NCBI GenBank assembly: GCA_977020255.1 | Contig: CDROCS010002469.1 | Span: forward strand, 62,001-126,000 | Direction of reading: 5' to 3' | Length of the DNA stretch: 64,000 nucleotides | DNA from: Obrimoposthia wandeli | Taxonomy: Eukaryota | Shown here: positions 38,920-50,201 of the stretch, piece by piece | Layout: each line of letters starts with the position of its first letter | Position numbering within the stretch: position 1 is the stretch's first letter | The notes under the pieces: model-generated | Told to the model about the DNA's origin: nothing | Seen by the model: the letters and a program-made list of their open reading frames with translations, nothing else | The model's database searches: none | Made by a program: the position numbers and the translations under genes

Positions 38920-41346
38920 TCAATGCGTATTTATTTGCCCCGTTTGGGGTTTTGGTACTTCTTGTTCTGTTGCTAGTGTTTTTTTTGTGCTAGGAGCAGA
39001 TGGTTCGGGCGCATATGCTAAAGCAATATCTAATACCTCATCTATCCACTTCACTGGAATGATTTTTAAGTCAGCTTTAATGTTGTCTGGTATCTCTTTT
39101 AAATCCTTCTCATTTTCATGTGGAATGATAACGGTCTTAATTCCACCGCGATGCGCAGCCAGTAACTTTTCTTTTAAACCGCCAATGGGTAACACTTGTC
39201 CTCTTAGCGTAATCTCTCCTGTCATAGCAACATCTGCTACAACGGGAATCTCAGTTAATGCAGATACCAAAGCCGTACACATGCCTATACCGGCACTTGG
39301 CCCATCTTTTGGAGTAGCACCTTCTGGCACATGAATATGTACATCTTGTTTCTCGTAAAACTCACTTGCGATACCCAATCCATCTGCGCGAGAGCGTACT
39401 ACGGTAATTGCAGCTTGAATAGATTCCTTCATGACATCACCAAGGGATCCAGTGGTGACCTGACGGCCTTTTCCAGGAACAACTGAAGCTTCGATACTCA
39501 GCAACTCACCGCCTACAGAAGTCCAAGCTAAACCGGTTACCTGGCCGATTAGGTTCTGCTTTTCTGATAAACCGAAACTAAACTTGCGTACGCCACTATA
39601 GTTTTCAATATTACTTGAGTTAACCGAAAAGCCTGCTTTAATGTTCTTCAAGGATAAATCTTTAACTGATTTACGACAGATTTTGGCTATTTCACGCTCA
39701 AGGGACCTAACACCCGCTTCACGTGTATAGTAATGAATCAAATCCACCACTGCCTCTGATTCAATTGTCACTTCGCCTTTCTTCAAACCATGCTGTTTAA
39801 GCTGTTTGGGCAGTAAATACTTTGTCGCTATATTCAGTTTTTCATCTTCGGTATATCCTGGAATTCTAATTAACTCCATTCGATCTAATAAAGGACCGGG
39901 AATATTCATGGTATTTGCGGTACAAACGAACATTACATCCGATAAATCGTAGTCTACTTCGATATAATGATCGTTAAAATTAACATTTTGCTCTGGGTCA
40001 AGCACTTCCAAAAGCGCAGAAGCTGGGTCCCCGCGCGAATCCATGCCCATTTTATCTATCTCATCGAGCAAGAATAATGGATTTTTTACGCCCACTTTCG
40101 CCATTTTTTGGACAATTTTTCCAGGTAAAGAACCGATATATGTTCGACGGTGTCCTCTTACTTCGGCTTCATCTCTAACACCCCCTAACGCCATCCTCAC
40201 ATATTTACGATTAGTAGCACGCGCGATAGATTTTCCTAAAGAGGTTTTACCAACTCCTGGAGGCCCAACAAGACAAAGTATTGGCCCCTTTAATTTTTTA
40301 ACGCGCTGTTGTACGGCCAAATATTCTATAATGCGCTCTTTTACTTCTTCAAGACCAAAGTGATCTTGATCTAGTATTTCTTCAGCGCGTTTCATATCAT
40401 TACGCAGCTTCGAACGCTTAGCCCAAGGGATTTGTATCATCCAATCAATGTAGCTGCGAACGACTGTCGCTTCAGCTGACATAGGAGACATCATTTTAAG
40501 CTTATTAAATTCTGCTAAGGTTTTTTCATTTGCCTCTGTTGGCATTCCCGCTTTTGCAATTTTTTCTTTCAGGTCATCAATGTCGTTACTAGCATTGCCA
40601 TCTAAATCACCAAGCTCTTTTTGAATCGCCTTCATTTGCTCATTCAAATAATACTCGCGTTGACTCTTTTCCATCTGTTTCTTGACACGACCGCGAATAC
40701 GTTTTTCCACTTCAACGAGATCTATTTCCACTTCCATCAAGGACATTAAGTGCTCAAGGCGTTCATTTTCATCAAGCATTTCCAGAATTTTTTGCTTTTC
40801 TGGTAGTTTCAACGACATATGCGCAGCAATCGTATCTGCCAAGCGATCAATTTCATCGATATTTTGTAACGATGATGATACTTCTGCAGGTATTTTTTTA
40901 TTTACTTGTATGAAACGTTCAAACTGCTCAAGAGCTGTGCGTTTGTATATAGCACTTTCCTTACCTTTAGACGTTTGCACCTCTAACACTTCAATTTGTG
41001 CAGTAAAGTAACTCTCAACTTCAAATACTTCTGTAACTTTTGCTCTAAAGTCTCCTTCCACAAGCACTTTAACCGTGCCATCCGGTAACTTCAGCATTTG
41101 CAGAATACTAGCAACGGTTCCTATCGAGAATAAATCTTTACTATTTGGTTCATCATCAGACGCTTTGCGCTGGGCAAGCAATAATATCTCCTTTCCGCCT
41201 GCCATCGCCGCTTCTAACGCTTCAATTGACTTCTCTCTTCCCACAAATAAAGGTATAACCATATGTGGGTACACCACAACGTCTCGCAGAGGCAATACGG
41301 GCAATAGTGTGTTTTCTTGGTGGTTCGGCTCGACTAACTGATCCAT
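38920..41346 (-). CDS. lon: ATP-dependent Lon protease
   Basis: [19 protein letters not shown] and PKDGPSAG (catalytic Ser) motifs. GAGG RBS favours start MDQLVE at 41346. Confidence 0.97.
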   Translation of the reverse strand: MDQLVEPNHQENTLLPVLPLRDVVVYPHMVIPLFVGREKSIEALEAAMAGGKEILLLAQRKASDDEPNSKDLFSIGTVASILQMLKLPDGTVKVLVEGDFRAKVTEVFEVESYFTAQIEVLEVQTSKGKESAIYKRTALEQFERFIQVNKKIPAEVSSSLQNIDEIDRLADTIAAHMSLKLPEKQKILEMLDENERLEHLMSLMEVEIDLVEVEKRIRGRVKKQMEKSQREYYLNEQMKAIQKELGDLDGNASNDIDDLKEKIAKAGMPTEANEKTLAEFNKLKMMSPMSAEATVVRSYIDWMIQIPWAKRSKLRNDMKRAEEILDQDHFGLEEVKERIIEYLAVQQRVKKLKGPILCLVGPPGVGKTSLGKSIARATNRKYVRMALGGVRDEAEVRGHRRTYIGSLPGKIVQKMAKVGVKNPLFLLDEIDKMGMDSRGDPASALLEVLDPEQNVNFNDHYIEVDYDLSDVMFVCTANTMNIPGPLLDRMELIRIPGYTEDEKLNIATKYLLPKQLKQHGLKKGEVTIESEAVVDLIHYYTREAGVRSLEREIAKICRKSVKDLSLKNIKAGFSVNSSNIENYSGVRKFSFGLSEKQNLIGQVTGLAWTSVGGELLSIEASVVPGKGRQVTTGSLGDVMKESIQAAITVVRSRADGLGIASEFYEKQDVHIHVPEGATPKDGPSAGIGMCTALVSALTEIPVVADVAMTGEITLRGQVLPIGGLKEKLLAAHRGGIKTVIIPHENEKDLKEIPDNIKADLKIIPVKWIDEVLDIALAYAPEPSAPSTKKTLATEQEVPKPQTGQINTH

Positions 41347-41538
41347 GATAATTTCCTCATTGCAGGCACCTCGCAAAGATGAAGAGGTGCGGCGCATTTT
41401 TAATCAATAAAATATATTCAAACTACCTCCAGTGGTAACGACACCACTACAAACAGTTATGTTCTCTATGCTTTTAAAATTAACTAATTTATCAAATATG
41501 AAAATCGGATTTTGCAACATAAAGCTTGAATTTAATAA

Positions 41539-41566
41539 TTATGGGGGTGTTATTGTTGATTACAAC
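41539..41566 (-). promoter_or_regulatory. sigma32 (RpoH) heat-shock promoter of lon
   Basis: Minus strand GTTGTAA-N13-CCCCATAA vs consensus CTTGAAA-N13/14-CCCCATnT; lon is an established RpoH target. Confidence 0.7.
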
Positions 41567-41747
41567 GGCCAACAATGTATTTCTTAATCGAGTGAATCAA
41601 ATCTCTGATCACTTATAGATAGCTTGTATGATAGGTATGACAATCAATATTTGTCAGTAGTGATAGTAAAGCATTGTTACAAAAACAATCTATAGCCAAA
41701 AAAACACGGCACTCAAACAAGCACCGCATTATCGTCACTTTTATTGG

Positions 41748-42341
41748 CTATTGATAATAAGCATTAGCATTTACGCTATGGTCGGTTTCATCACGCACTG
41801 CCACTAATGGTCCTATTTTTTCAAGCAAGGTTTTCTCAACTCCATCTTTTAAAGTTAAGTCAACTGCACTACATCCTTGACAGCCACCGCCGAACTTAAG
41901 AACAGCAACATATCCTTGATCTTCTTCAACTAATTCAACTAAACTCACTTCACCGCCATGAGACGCCAAACCAGGATTGATTTCAGTATAAAGGATATAG
42001 TTAACCTGCTCTTCTAAAGGGCTATCAGCAGAAACCTTAGGTACTTTTGCATTAGGCGCTTTAATCGTAAGCTGGCCACCCATTCTGTCTTCAGCATAAT
42101 TTACCGTCGCCTCTTCTAAGTACGGCATACTATTCTTTTCGAAATAAAAGCGTAATTTTGTTAAATTTAGTACCACATCATCTGCTATGATTTCTTCCGG
42201 CTTGCAATAAGCTAAACATGTCTCTGCATAAGGCGTACCAGGCTGGGTAACGAACATGCGCACAGCGATACCTTCAACATCTTGCTTTTCGAGTAATTCA
42301 GCTAAATATCCTTCAGCACTTTCAGTAACTTCTATATTCAT
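41748..42341 (-). CDS. nfuA: Fe-S biogenesis protein NfuA
   Basis: [35 protein letters not shown] and FGGGCQGC motifs. Confidence 0.95.
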   Translation of the reverse strand: MNIEVTESAEGYLAELLEKQDVEGIAVRMFVTQPGTPYAETCLAYCKPEEIIADDVVLNLTKLRFYFEKNSMPYLEEATVNYAEDRMGGQLTIKAPNAKVPKVSADSPLEEQVNYILYTEINPGLASHGGEVSLVELVEEDQGYVAVLKFGGGCQGCSAVDLTLKDGVEKTLLEKIGPLVAVRDETDHSVNANAYYQ

Positions 42342-42443
42342 TTATACACCTTGTTTGATACGCAACAACATTTGAACTAAATTCTACTTCCGCTAGTTAT
42401 TTTGCAGAGACTATAAATTACAGATATAACTAATACGAACCTT

Positions 42444-42468
42444 ATACCTTAGTATATCACTCAGGTAT
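42444..42468 (-). promoter_or_regulatory. IscR type-1 binding site upstream of nfuA
   Basis: ATACCTGAGTGATATACTAAGGTAT matches 22/25 of ATASYYGACTRWWWYAGTCRRSTAT; nfuA is a known IscR target. Confidence 0.7.
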
Positions 42469-42822
42469 ATATTTTTAATAGCAGTAAATTCAGGATCTAT
42501 AGATTATTGCTAGCCTATAGCTTAAAGCTGTTCAAAAAAATCCTTTACCAAAACGACTCACTAAAATCATATCGGCAACTAAAACAGCGACTGGTATCTG
42601 TGTAATGGTCAATTTTTCATCATAAAATAGTATTTCAATTTTACTAATTTGATTAAAAACCATTAATGGAATGTTTTAATCAAAAATACAACAAGATGAT
42701 TAGTAAGTGCTTCTGGTATACTAGCCAGCTTCAATCTGTTTAAGGTAATTTTTTGCCCTGAATTTAACCGTTAGTCAGGCCTAGCAAAATTTTATTGCTA
42801 TCATCTAGGGAGCTTTTGTGTT

Positions 42823-43995
42823 TTGGCAGATCAATCTTTTGTATTTTCGCTTTTCCTAATCTTTACTGGAGCAGCAGTATTAGCTTCTTTTGCTCTTTAT
42901 ACAAAACAGCCACTTTTAGTGGCTTACATTGTACTGGGTGCACTACTTGGCCCCTATGGATACAGCTTAATCTCCGATACTAGCTTGCTGCAAGAGACCT
43001 CTCATATCGGCATTATCTTTTTACTATTCTTGCTAGGCCTTGATATGCAGCCTTCCCATCTGGTTGCTATGCTAAGAAAGGCGAGCTCTGTTGCGATAGG
43101 TAGTTCAATTGCATTTTTCAGCTTAGGCTTTGTTATTAGTTACTTATTTGGGCTTACTGAAGTTGAAGCAGCTGTAATTGGGCTATCTTTAATGTTCTCC
43201 AGCACAATAATAGGTATTAAACTACTCCCTACCACAGTGCTACATCACCGCCACGTTGGCGAACTAGTAGTCGGCCTACTTTTACTACAAGATATTATCG
43301 CTATTGTTGTTCTTATTATTATTTACGCTAACCAAGGATCTGCAGAGCCTGATACTCTAACAATGCTTAAGCCATTAATTGCGATGCCACTACTTACCTA
43401 CTTTGCATTCAAAGCTATTAAATTTATAATTCTACCTTTAATACAGCGTTTCGACCGATTCCACGAGTATATTTTTTTATTAGCCATTGGCTGGTGCTTA
43501 GGGATGGCAGAAGGCGCTCAATTAGTAGGCCTTTCTGGAGAAATGGGCGCATTTATAGCTGGGGTTTCTTTAGCATCGAGCCCTATATCACAGTATATAG
43601 CGACTCATTTAAAACCTTTGCGCGATTTTTTCTTGATTCTATTTTTCTTTTCTATTGGCGCCAGCTTTAACCTAGGGCTAGTTTCCCAAATAGCATTACC
43701 CGCCATAGCACTCGCATTAATAGTCGTGATCTTCAAACCTATAATTTTTCGATTTTTCTTACTTCGAATTAAAGAAGATAGCGCTATGGCCTGGGAAGTG
43801 GGTTTTAGATTGGGCCAAACAAGTGAATTTTCATTACTGATAGCTTATGTAGCAGCTAGCTCGTCTATGATAGGAGTTAATGCATCTCATATCATCCAAG
43901 CGACTGCTATTTTAACTTTCCTACTTTCCTCGTATATCGTACTACTCAACTTTCCATCGCCAATCGCTATTAAAGATAATCTGCGTCGAGATTAG
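42823..43995 (+). CDS. CPA2-family cation:proton antiporter (membrane domain only)
   Basis: GIIFLLFLLGL, FSSTIIGIKLL, LLLQDI, GAFIAG and GQTSEFSL motifs. Confidence 0.88.
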   Translation: MADQSFVFSLFLIFTGAAVLASFALYTKQPLLVAYIVLGALLGPYGYSLISDTSLLQETSHIGIIFLLFLLGLDMQPSHLVAMLRKASSVAIGSSIAFFSLGFVISYLFGLTEVEAAVIGLSLMFSSTIIGIKLLPTTVLHHRHVGELVVGLLLLQDIIAIVVLIIIYANQGSAEPDTLTMLKPLIAMPLLTYFAFKAIKFIILPLIQRFDRFHEYIFLLAIGWCLGMAEGAQLVGLSGEMGAFIAGVSLASSPISQYIATHLKPLRDFFLILFFFSIGASFNLGLVSQIALPAIALALIVVIFKPIIFRFFLLRIKEDSAMAWEVGFRLGQTSEFSLLIAYVAASSSMIGVNASHIIQATAILTFLLSSYIVLLNFPSPIAIKDNLRRD

Positions 43996-44107
43996 ATTTA
44001 CAAAAAAGCCACAAGTTTTCAAACAACTTAAGGTATGAAAGCTATTTAAAGACTGCAACCAGAAACAAAATTGATCGCCATTAACTACAGATTTGGATCC
44101 AGGAGTA

Positions 44108-44326
44108 TTAATGGCGATTGATAGATTGAAACTTACCTTTGTTATCAAAAATAATACAGAAACTGCCAGATATACCATTATGCAATAGGAATGGCTTCAA
44201 AATATTTGCAGGAAACTGAATAGTACGCCCATCTCTGGAACTTGTATTCACCATACAGTTTGGTAAGCGATATTGCTTTAAGTACTCCTCGTTTGAAATA
44301 CGCACATCAATAATAACTTTATTCAT
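44108..44326 (-). CDS. DUF2835 family protein
   Basis: RDGRTIQFPANILKPFL...GISGSF motif, 72 aa. Confidence 0.75.
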   Translation of the reverse strand: MNKVIIDVRISNEEYLKQYRLPNCMVNTSSRDGRTIQFPANILKPFLLHNGISGSFCIIFDNKGKFQSINRH

Positions 44327-44492
44327 TTACAACTTACGATCTCTTTCATTTATATTAATACATTTAACTTTCAGCTTAGGAAATAATTAATTATAAATGT
44401 CCTATAATTCCAGTAAACGCTTAATTAATTAACGATAAACAACATTCAATTGAATAAACTCTATTATTTACTCTCCTTAATTGCGCATCCAA

Positions 44493-45245
44493 TTAAAGTT
44501 TTGCTGCCAGCTTAACAATTATTGCTCTGACCATGTTAGCTGAATGCGTTGATGCTGTTACGATAAAATCTGCAAATGATAAGTTTGAAGACTTACCGGC
44601 TATATCTGAAAGCGCACGAACGACTATAAAAGGCACACCAAATAAATGACAGGTTTGAGCAATTGCCGCAGCTTCCATCTCAACAGCTTTGACATTTGAA
44701 AATGAATTTTTGATATGAGCCACTTTCACGGGATCACTTATAAAAGCATCACCAGTGGCTATTATTCCTCTTACTGCTTTTGCTTCTGAAACGGATTCTA
44801 TACAGTTCTTTGCAATTTCAGCTAACAACTCATCCGGCTTATAAGTCACAGGCATTCTCGCCATCTGGCCCAATTCATAACCAAATGCAGTAACATCCAC
44901 GTCATGATGAAGAAGTTCAGATGAAATAACAATATCACCTACTTCTAATGATTCATCACACCCTCCTGCCGAACCCGTGTTAATAATACAGTCCGGTGAA
45001 AACTGTTGTAGCATCAAAGCAGTACTGACAGATGAATTCACTTTACCTATCCCAGATTGCAACAAGACAACATCAACGTTTTCCAAACTTCCTGTATAAA
45101 TATCAAAACCCGCGAGCTTATGATCTTTACGATTAATTAAACTATCACGCAGTATTTCAATCTCTTGCTCCATAGCACCTATAATACCAACCTTAATCTG
45201 TTTCTTATCTTTTAATATGGCTGCTAAAGATTGTGTTGCTGACAT
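44493..45245 (-). CDS. mtnN: 5'-methylthioadenosine/S-adenosylhomocysteine nucleosidase
   Basis: GIIGAMEQE, SGIGKVN, INTGSAGG, VEMEAAAIAQ and RALSDIA motifs. Confidence 0.93.
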   Translation of the reverse strand: MSATQSLAAILKDKKQIKVGIIGAMEQEIEILRDSLINRKDHKLAGFDIYTGSLENVDVVLLQSGIGKVNSSVSTALMLQQFSPDCIINTGSAGGCDESLEVGDIVISSELLHHDVDVTAFGYELGQMARMPVTYKPDELLAEIAKNCIESVSEAKAVRGIIATGDAFISDPVKVAHIKNSFSNVKAVEMEAAAIAQTCHLFGVPFIVVRALSDIAGKSSNLSFADFIVTASTHSANMVRAIIVKLAAKL

Positions 45246-45413
45246 AGTTTTTATCTCTTACCCAAATGTTATAGAGTTTTAATGATTCATAATTTTACGC
45301 AAAGTTCTAGCGTATTAAAACTAAATTCACCTCTAAAATTCATGATTTTTACGGCTTTGCAATCCGCACACAACTTCCTCCAGTTTAGAACTGCTTCAAC
45401 AAATTAGGCAGAT

Positions 45414-46157
45414 TTAACTATAATCATTTTCCAACCACTTAAAGCGGGAAAACAACTCTAAAACCTGTGGTGAGAGAGGAGCCTTTATCATCATTTCTTT
45501 GCCACTGGTGGGATGTTTGAAACTCAATGATGTTGCCATTAGCAGTAACCGATTTACCTTAAAACTCTCTCTAAAAAGGTTATTATGGCGTCCTTCTCCA
45601 TAATTAGTATCACCTACTATAGGACAGAGAATATGTTTGAAGTGGCGGCGTAATTGATGCTTTCTACCCGTTAATGGAGTCGCTTTAACTAATGAATATC
45701 GCGCGGTAGGCCACTTACCAACGGCTATTGGCAGCTGCACAGTTGCAAGCCTCTCAAATGTAGTTATCGCTGCTTGAGGCTCATTGTTACTGGCTGCAAA
45801 AGGCTCCGCTTTTTTATCGTGTTGATATTTCAAAGGATGATCAATAGTAGCCGCTACTGGTGCATACCCTCGCACAACACATAAATAAGTTTTAACAACT
45901 TTATGATTGGCGAAATCTTCAGATAGCCGTTGAGCCGCTAATTTATTTTTGGCAACCATCAATGCGCCAGATGTCGCTCTGTCTAACCGATGAACTGTAA
46001 AAACCTTCGCACCTTGGAAATACTGTTTAAGCATTGAAGCAACATTTTCAGTACCTTTTTTGGTCAACCAACTTGGATGGGTCAATAACCCTTCTGGTTT
46101 GTTAATCACAATCAAGTCGTCATCTTCGTATAATATTTCTAACTGAAAGCTATCCAC
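45414..46157 (-). CDS. truC: tRNA pseudouridine(65) synthase TruC-like
   Basis: INKPEGLLTH, HRLDRATSG, PLTGRKHQLRRHF and PIVGDTNYG motifs. Confidence 0.85.
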   Translation of the reverse strand: MDSFQLEILYEDDDLIVINKPEGLLTHPSWLTKKGTENVASMLKQYFQGAKVFTVHRLDRATSGALMVAKNKLAAQRLSEDFANHKVVKTYLCVVRGYAPVAATIDHPLKYQHDKKAEPFAASNNEPQAAITTFERLATVQLPIAVGKWPTARYSLVKATPLTGRKHQLRRHFKHILCPIVGDTNYGEGRHNNLFRESFKVNRLLLMATSLSFKHPTSGKEMMIKAPLSPQVLELFSRFKWLENDYS

Positions 46158-46237
46158 GTATTTAAAAACCTTGAATTATTTATAAAAGTCGCCATTATAA
46201 CTACTATTAGGATGTTAATTACAAATCGAGGAAGTTT

Positions 46238-46921
46238 ATGAACAATCTAAATACTGCTATGACTCACTCTAAACAGTCAATACTGCAGACCAACAAGGTC
46301 ATTCGTAACACTTATATGCTGCTTTCAATGACACTCTTTTTTAGTGCTATTATGGCAACAGTATCACTGGCGATGCAAGTAACCAGCATCTGGGCTTATC
46401 TAGGCTGCATTCTTGCCGGTATGGGTGTGTTGTTTATTATTAGCAAAAAACAAAATAGTTCAGCAGCACTGCCACTTACTTTTCTTTTTACCGGTCTTTG
46501 GGGTTTTGCTTTAGGTCCCATTCTTAATCAATACTTAGCATTAAGTAATGGTGGCGAGATAGTTGTTACTGCACTGGGCATGACAGCACTGACTTTTGTT
46601 GGCTTGTCTGCTTACGTATTGACTAGCAAGAAAGACTTCAGCTTCATGGGTGGTTTCTTAGCTGCTGGCTCAATGATTTTAATCATTGCAATGCTTGCCA
46701 TGTTTATCCTTCCAATGTTTGGAATAGATGTCTCGGCTATGCATTTAGCATTCTCATCAGCAATTGTTCTATTAATGGCTGGGTTTATTTTGTATGACAC
46801 CAGTAACATTGTAAACGGTACTTACCAAAATTACATTATGGCCACGGTTAGCCTATACGTGAATATTTTTAATATGTTTATTCACATGCTTGTTTTGGTT
46901 GGGTTTTTAAGCGATGACTAG
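46238..46921 (+). CDS. yccA: Bax inhibitor-1/YccA family membrane protein
   Basis: NKVIRNTYMLLSMTL, KKDFSFMGGFL and ILYDTSNIV motifs. Confidence 0.93.
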   Translation: MNNLNTAMTHSKQSILQTNKVIRNTYMLLSMTLFFSAIMATVSLAMQVTSIWAYLGCILAGMGVLFIISKKQNSSAALPLTFLFTGLWGFALGPILNQYLALSNGGEIVVTALGMTALTFVGLSAYVLTSKKDFSFMGGFLAAGSMILIIAMLAMFILPMFGIDVSAMHLAFSSAIVLLMAGFILYDTSNIVNGTYQNYIMATVSLYVNIFNMFIHMLVLVGFLSDD

Positions 46922-47033
46922 CTTTAATTAGCTAAAACTAACGCCTCGCTATCATTGATAACGGGGCGTTGTTGTTTTACCTCGTTAAAAATCACTTTAA
47001 ACCATTATTACTCACCGTGGTCACCAACTAGAT

Positions 47034-47426
47034 ATGATTTTTTCCATCTTACTTTATGCCTCTCAAAGCTCTACGCAATCTGAACAGAGCGCAATTCGCT
47101 TTACGCGAAGCGCATTACAACAAGGCCATAAAATTCATCGTGTGTTTTTTTACGGAGAAAGTGTCAATGCTATCTCCAGTTTTAAAGTAACTCCTAGAGA
47201 TGAAATAGATATTACTGATCAGTGGCTGCAATTAGCGGATAGCACTGAAATAGATCTTGTCGTTTGCATCGCTGCTGCTGTTCGCCGCGGAATACTAGAT
47301 ATACAAGAAGCACAGCGCCATGAAAAGAACTCCGCTAATTTAAAGGAAGGATTTACTCTGTCAGGTTTGGGTCAACTGGCAGATGCAATCATCCAATCTG
47401 ATCGACTCATTACCTTTGGCAACTGA
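47034..47426 (+). CDS. tusD: Sulfurtransferase TusD/DsrE
   Basis: VFFYGESV, VVCIAAAVRRG and SGLGQL motifs. Confidence 0.9.
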   Translation: MIFSILLYASQSSTQSEQSAIRFTRSALQQGHKIHRVFFYGESVNAISSFKVTPRDEIDITDQWLQLADSTEIDLVVCIAAAVRRGILDIQEAQRHEKNSANLKEGFTLSGLGQLADAIIQSDRLITFGN

Positions 47427-47429
47427 TCT

Positions 47430-47795
47430 ATGAATACTCAAAAATCTTTGTTACTTATCTTACGTAACCCTCCCTTTGCTGGGAGTAGCAATAGAGATAC
47501 ACTTGATATTGCACTAGGTTGTTCTGCGTTTGATATCCCTGTTAGCTTATTGTTTTTGAACGATGCTGTATTTCAACTTTTAAACAACCAACAAAGTGCA
47601 ACCATTGAGCAAAAAGACTTATCTCCCACATTAAAAGTGCTCGAGATGTATGATATTCAAGATTACTATCTACTTAAGAATGATTTACAGCGATACCAAC
47701 TAGAAGATGAAGTGTTACTTTTAAACTGTAAAATTTTAATCGACTCTCAACTAGCACATTTCATTAGACAATTCGATATAGTGATTAACTTATAA
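47430..47795 (+). CDS. tusC: TusC/DsrF
   Basis: PPFAG, LFLNDAVFQL and LEMYDI motifs. Confidence 0.88.
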   Translation: MNTQKSLLLILRNPPFAGSSNRDTLDIALGCSAFDIPVSLLFLNDAVFQLLNNQQSATIEQKDLSPTLKVLEMYDIQDYYLLKNDLQRYQLEDEVLLLNCKILIDSQLAHFIRQFDIVINL

Positions 47796-48103
47796 TGCCT
47801 ACAACATCTAGAAGCACACTTCACATTATAAACAAGACAATGACTAACGCTCGGCTATATCAAGATTGTAGTAACAGCATGCTTAAAGGAGATGAGCTTC
47901 TACTAATTGAATCAGCCGTTTACTCAGGATGCGAGCAGGACTTGCACTCGCTGATCCCTACTGGCATTGCAATCTACGCACTCGAAGTTGATGTTGTCGC
48001 TAGAGGTTTATCTGAAAAGCTCAATAAGAAAATCCAATTGATCAATGATGACCAATTTGTCAGGCTATGCTGTCAGCATCAAAAATCTATTAGCTGGTTT
48101 TAA
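47795..48103 (+). CDS. tusB: TusB/DsrH
   Basis: LLLIESAVY, YALEVDVVARG and FVRLC motifs. Confidence 0.85.
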   Translation: MPTTSRSTLHIINKTMTNARLYQDCSNSMLKGDELLLIESAVYSGCEQDLHSLIPTGIAIYALEVDVVARGLSEKLNKKIQLINDDQFVRLCCQHQKSISWF

Positions 48104-48106
48104 CTG

Positions 48107-48433
48107 ATGCAAGTACATCAAGCTTTAGATTTATTAGATGACGAAGGATATCTCAAAGACTTATCTCTATGGACAAAAGAACTCGCATTAGCACTTGCTA
48201 AAGAAGATCATTTTGAGCTTTGTGCACTACATTGGGAAGTAATTGAGACAATTCGCGAATTTTATCATCAATATCAAATTTCTCCTGCCATGCGACCACT
48301 GGTTAAAGCAATGAAGCAAAAATATGGCGCAGAAAAAGGCAACAGCATTCATTTAATGAAGTTATTTCCACAAAGCCCACCCAAACAAGCAGCGCGCTAT
48401 GCGGGCCTTCCAAAGCCTTTAAATTGTTTATAA
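48107..48433 (+). CDS. tusE: TusE/DsrC sulfur relay protein
   Basis: LDDEGYL, HWEVI, LFP..P.KQA.RYAGLPKP..CL C-terminus. Confidence 0.92.
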   Translation: MQVHQALDLLDDEGYLKDLSLWTKELALALAKEDHFELCALHWEVIETIREFYHQYQISPAMRPLVKAMKQKYGAEKGNSIHLMKLFPQSPPKQAARYAGLPKPLNCL

Positions 48434-48678
48434 ACACTTCAGTGTGAAGTTACAATGTAAATAATTTAGTGTCTAGTAAAGCCTGAGAGACCCACTTCAT
48501 ATCACTCCACTATCTCATCTCCCTCATCTCCTCCAGTAATAAGTCATCAGCATATAAATAGCTGACCGCCTCTCTAACTTTACAATTTGTGCACTTATTA
48601 TATTAATTTAAGCAGCATATTCAGATCATTCCGCGATGTTAGCTACTATCGTGTGTATTAGATTTAGCTCTACAACTC

Positions 48679-48692
48679 TTGATACAAATCAA
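48679..48692 (+). promoter_or_regulatory. FNR/Anr box upstream of uspA copy 1
   Basis: TTGAT-ACAA-ATCAA, a perfect consensus match. Confidence 0.75.
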
Positions 48693-48830
48693 AAGTATTT
48701 TCTCACACTTAGTCTATAGTAAAAATCAACTATATTAACAAATATAGTTGCGCTTTTTAGTGCTTATGGGCATTCGAATATTTTAATATTGCGCCCTAAT
48801 GCTATTAAAATCTAATCTGAGGAGACTAGT

Positions 48831-49280
48831 ATGAAAAAGCTCTTATATATAGTAGGAATCGATGGTAGTGAGTGGTCGATTCGAGCGACTCAAAGAGCTG
48901 TCAGTATCGCTAAAGATACTGGAGCTTGTGTTAAATTAGTATATGTAATGAATTTTCAATCAAGTTATCAATCTGAAATAGTTGCATATGGTTATTCTAT
49001 GCCTGCATTCGACGCCAAAGAAAAAGAGAAACAAGAAAAGCAAGTCCAAAAAAATGATATAGCCCCGTTAATCGATAAATATAGCGATGAAGTTGAATTA
49101 AGTAGCGAGTTTATTTGGGGAGATCCAGTTGAAATTCTGCTTGAACAAGCGAAAGAAAAGCACGCCAATATGCTGTTTTTGGGCCGTAGAGGTAGATCTA
49201 GATTAACCGATTTACTGTTAGGTAGTACAGCTAACAAAGTAGCACACTGTGCAGGCATCCCAATAGTATTAGTGCCTTAA
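48831..49280 (+). CDS. uspA: Universal stress protein (Usp), copy 1
   Basis: IVGIDGSEWS, WGDP and GRRGRS..TDLLLGSTANKV motifs; GGAG RBS. Confidence 0.92.
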   Translation: MKKLLYIVGIDGSEWSIRATQRAVSIAKDTGACVKLVYVMNFQSSYQSEIVAYGYSMPAFDAKEKEKQEKQVQKNDIAPLIDKYSDEVELSSEFIWGDPVEILLEQAKEKHANMLFLGRRGRSRLTDLLLGSTANKVAHCAGIPIVLVP

Positions 49281-49389
49281 TACGCTAATGTCAAGTTAGT
49301 ATATAAGCTTGTAATACACGCGTGATATGTAATATTTTTTTATGCAACCAATATTCTAAAATGGTTCATGATAGGGTACCTATATAGAC

Positions 49390-50040
49390 CAAAACCCTCG
49401 GTTTCTCGCGAAGCCGGTGGTTCAGGCTACCCGATGAAACAAAACTGAAGATATTATATTCACTCATACATATATTCATAACCTGCCAACACTCTCTGGG
49501 TTCGCTGTCAATAGCACCGATAGATAAGCTAATAGATCACTACATCACTTTAAAATCTTTAATGGTCGCATAGACTTTTCCTCGATTTCAATCCTCATGG
49601 GGCTGATAATCTGCTTAAATGTACTATGGTTCTTTTCCACTCTAATGCAGAAATATTTTACCTGTCGGTGCTTGAAATTCTTAGGCTTCGTTCCTTCCTC
49701 TTTTTAAATGTCCTGGTCTTACCTTATATAGGTTTTTCTATATTTATAATCAGCAGTATTTTCCTCGCCTTAAAGCCTTGTATAAGTTTTACTCACAAAA
49801 GCTTAGCCGGCTATACAATACCTCTAGGTAGTAAGTAACAATCAATAGTTCTCACATGCCGGTAATTACTGGCGATGAATAGCTATAGAATCTACGTATT
49901 TCTCTCAATGGCATTTATGCTAGCTCTAGATACAAATACGGATACCCTACTTACAATTCCAACGCACTTGTAAAATGATAACCTTGTATTGGATATAAAA
50001 ATGCTTAAATGGCTCACAGGGGCTACTAAAAATATCTGAT
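49390..50040 (-). pseudogene. Possible heavily decayed IS200/IS605-like element
   Basis: Broken minus-strand frames VRWNCK* and PAKLL*VKLIQGFKAR resemble IS200 TnpA (RWNCKYH; PPKxSVSxxxGxLKG). An end hairpin ACCACCGGCTTCGC lies near 49400-49425. Many stops. Confidence 0.3.
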
Positions 50041-50201
50041 ACTTTCATGAGAAACAGTTATTTACAATGGAGCTTAGATATTCACTAAAGCGACTGGACT
50101 TTCGGCAGATATAGTTTAAGTATTAAGTAAATTTATAATTAACTTACATTCTATGTTAGCGATAATAAAAATCACGCTAACAAACCATATAGAGGATTGT
50201 T

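Noticed and set aside
47034-48433. dsrEFH-dsrC as evidence of sulfur oxidation
   Set aside because: No dsrAB or other dsr genes are present. The yccA-tusDCBE context is the standard tRNA 2-thiouridine relay.
49626-49838. 70-aa ORF as a real gene
   Set aside because: No RBS, low-complexity hydrophobic composition, and it lies within the suspected IS relic.
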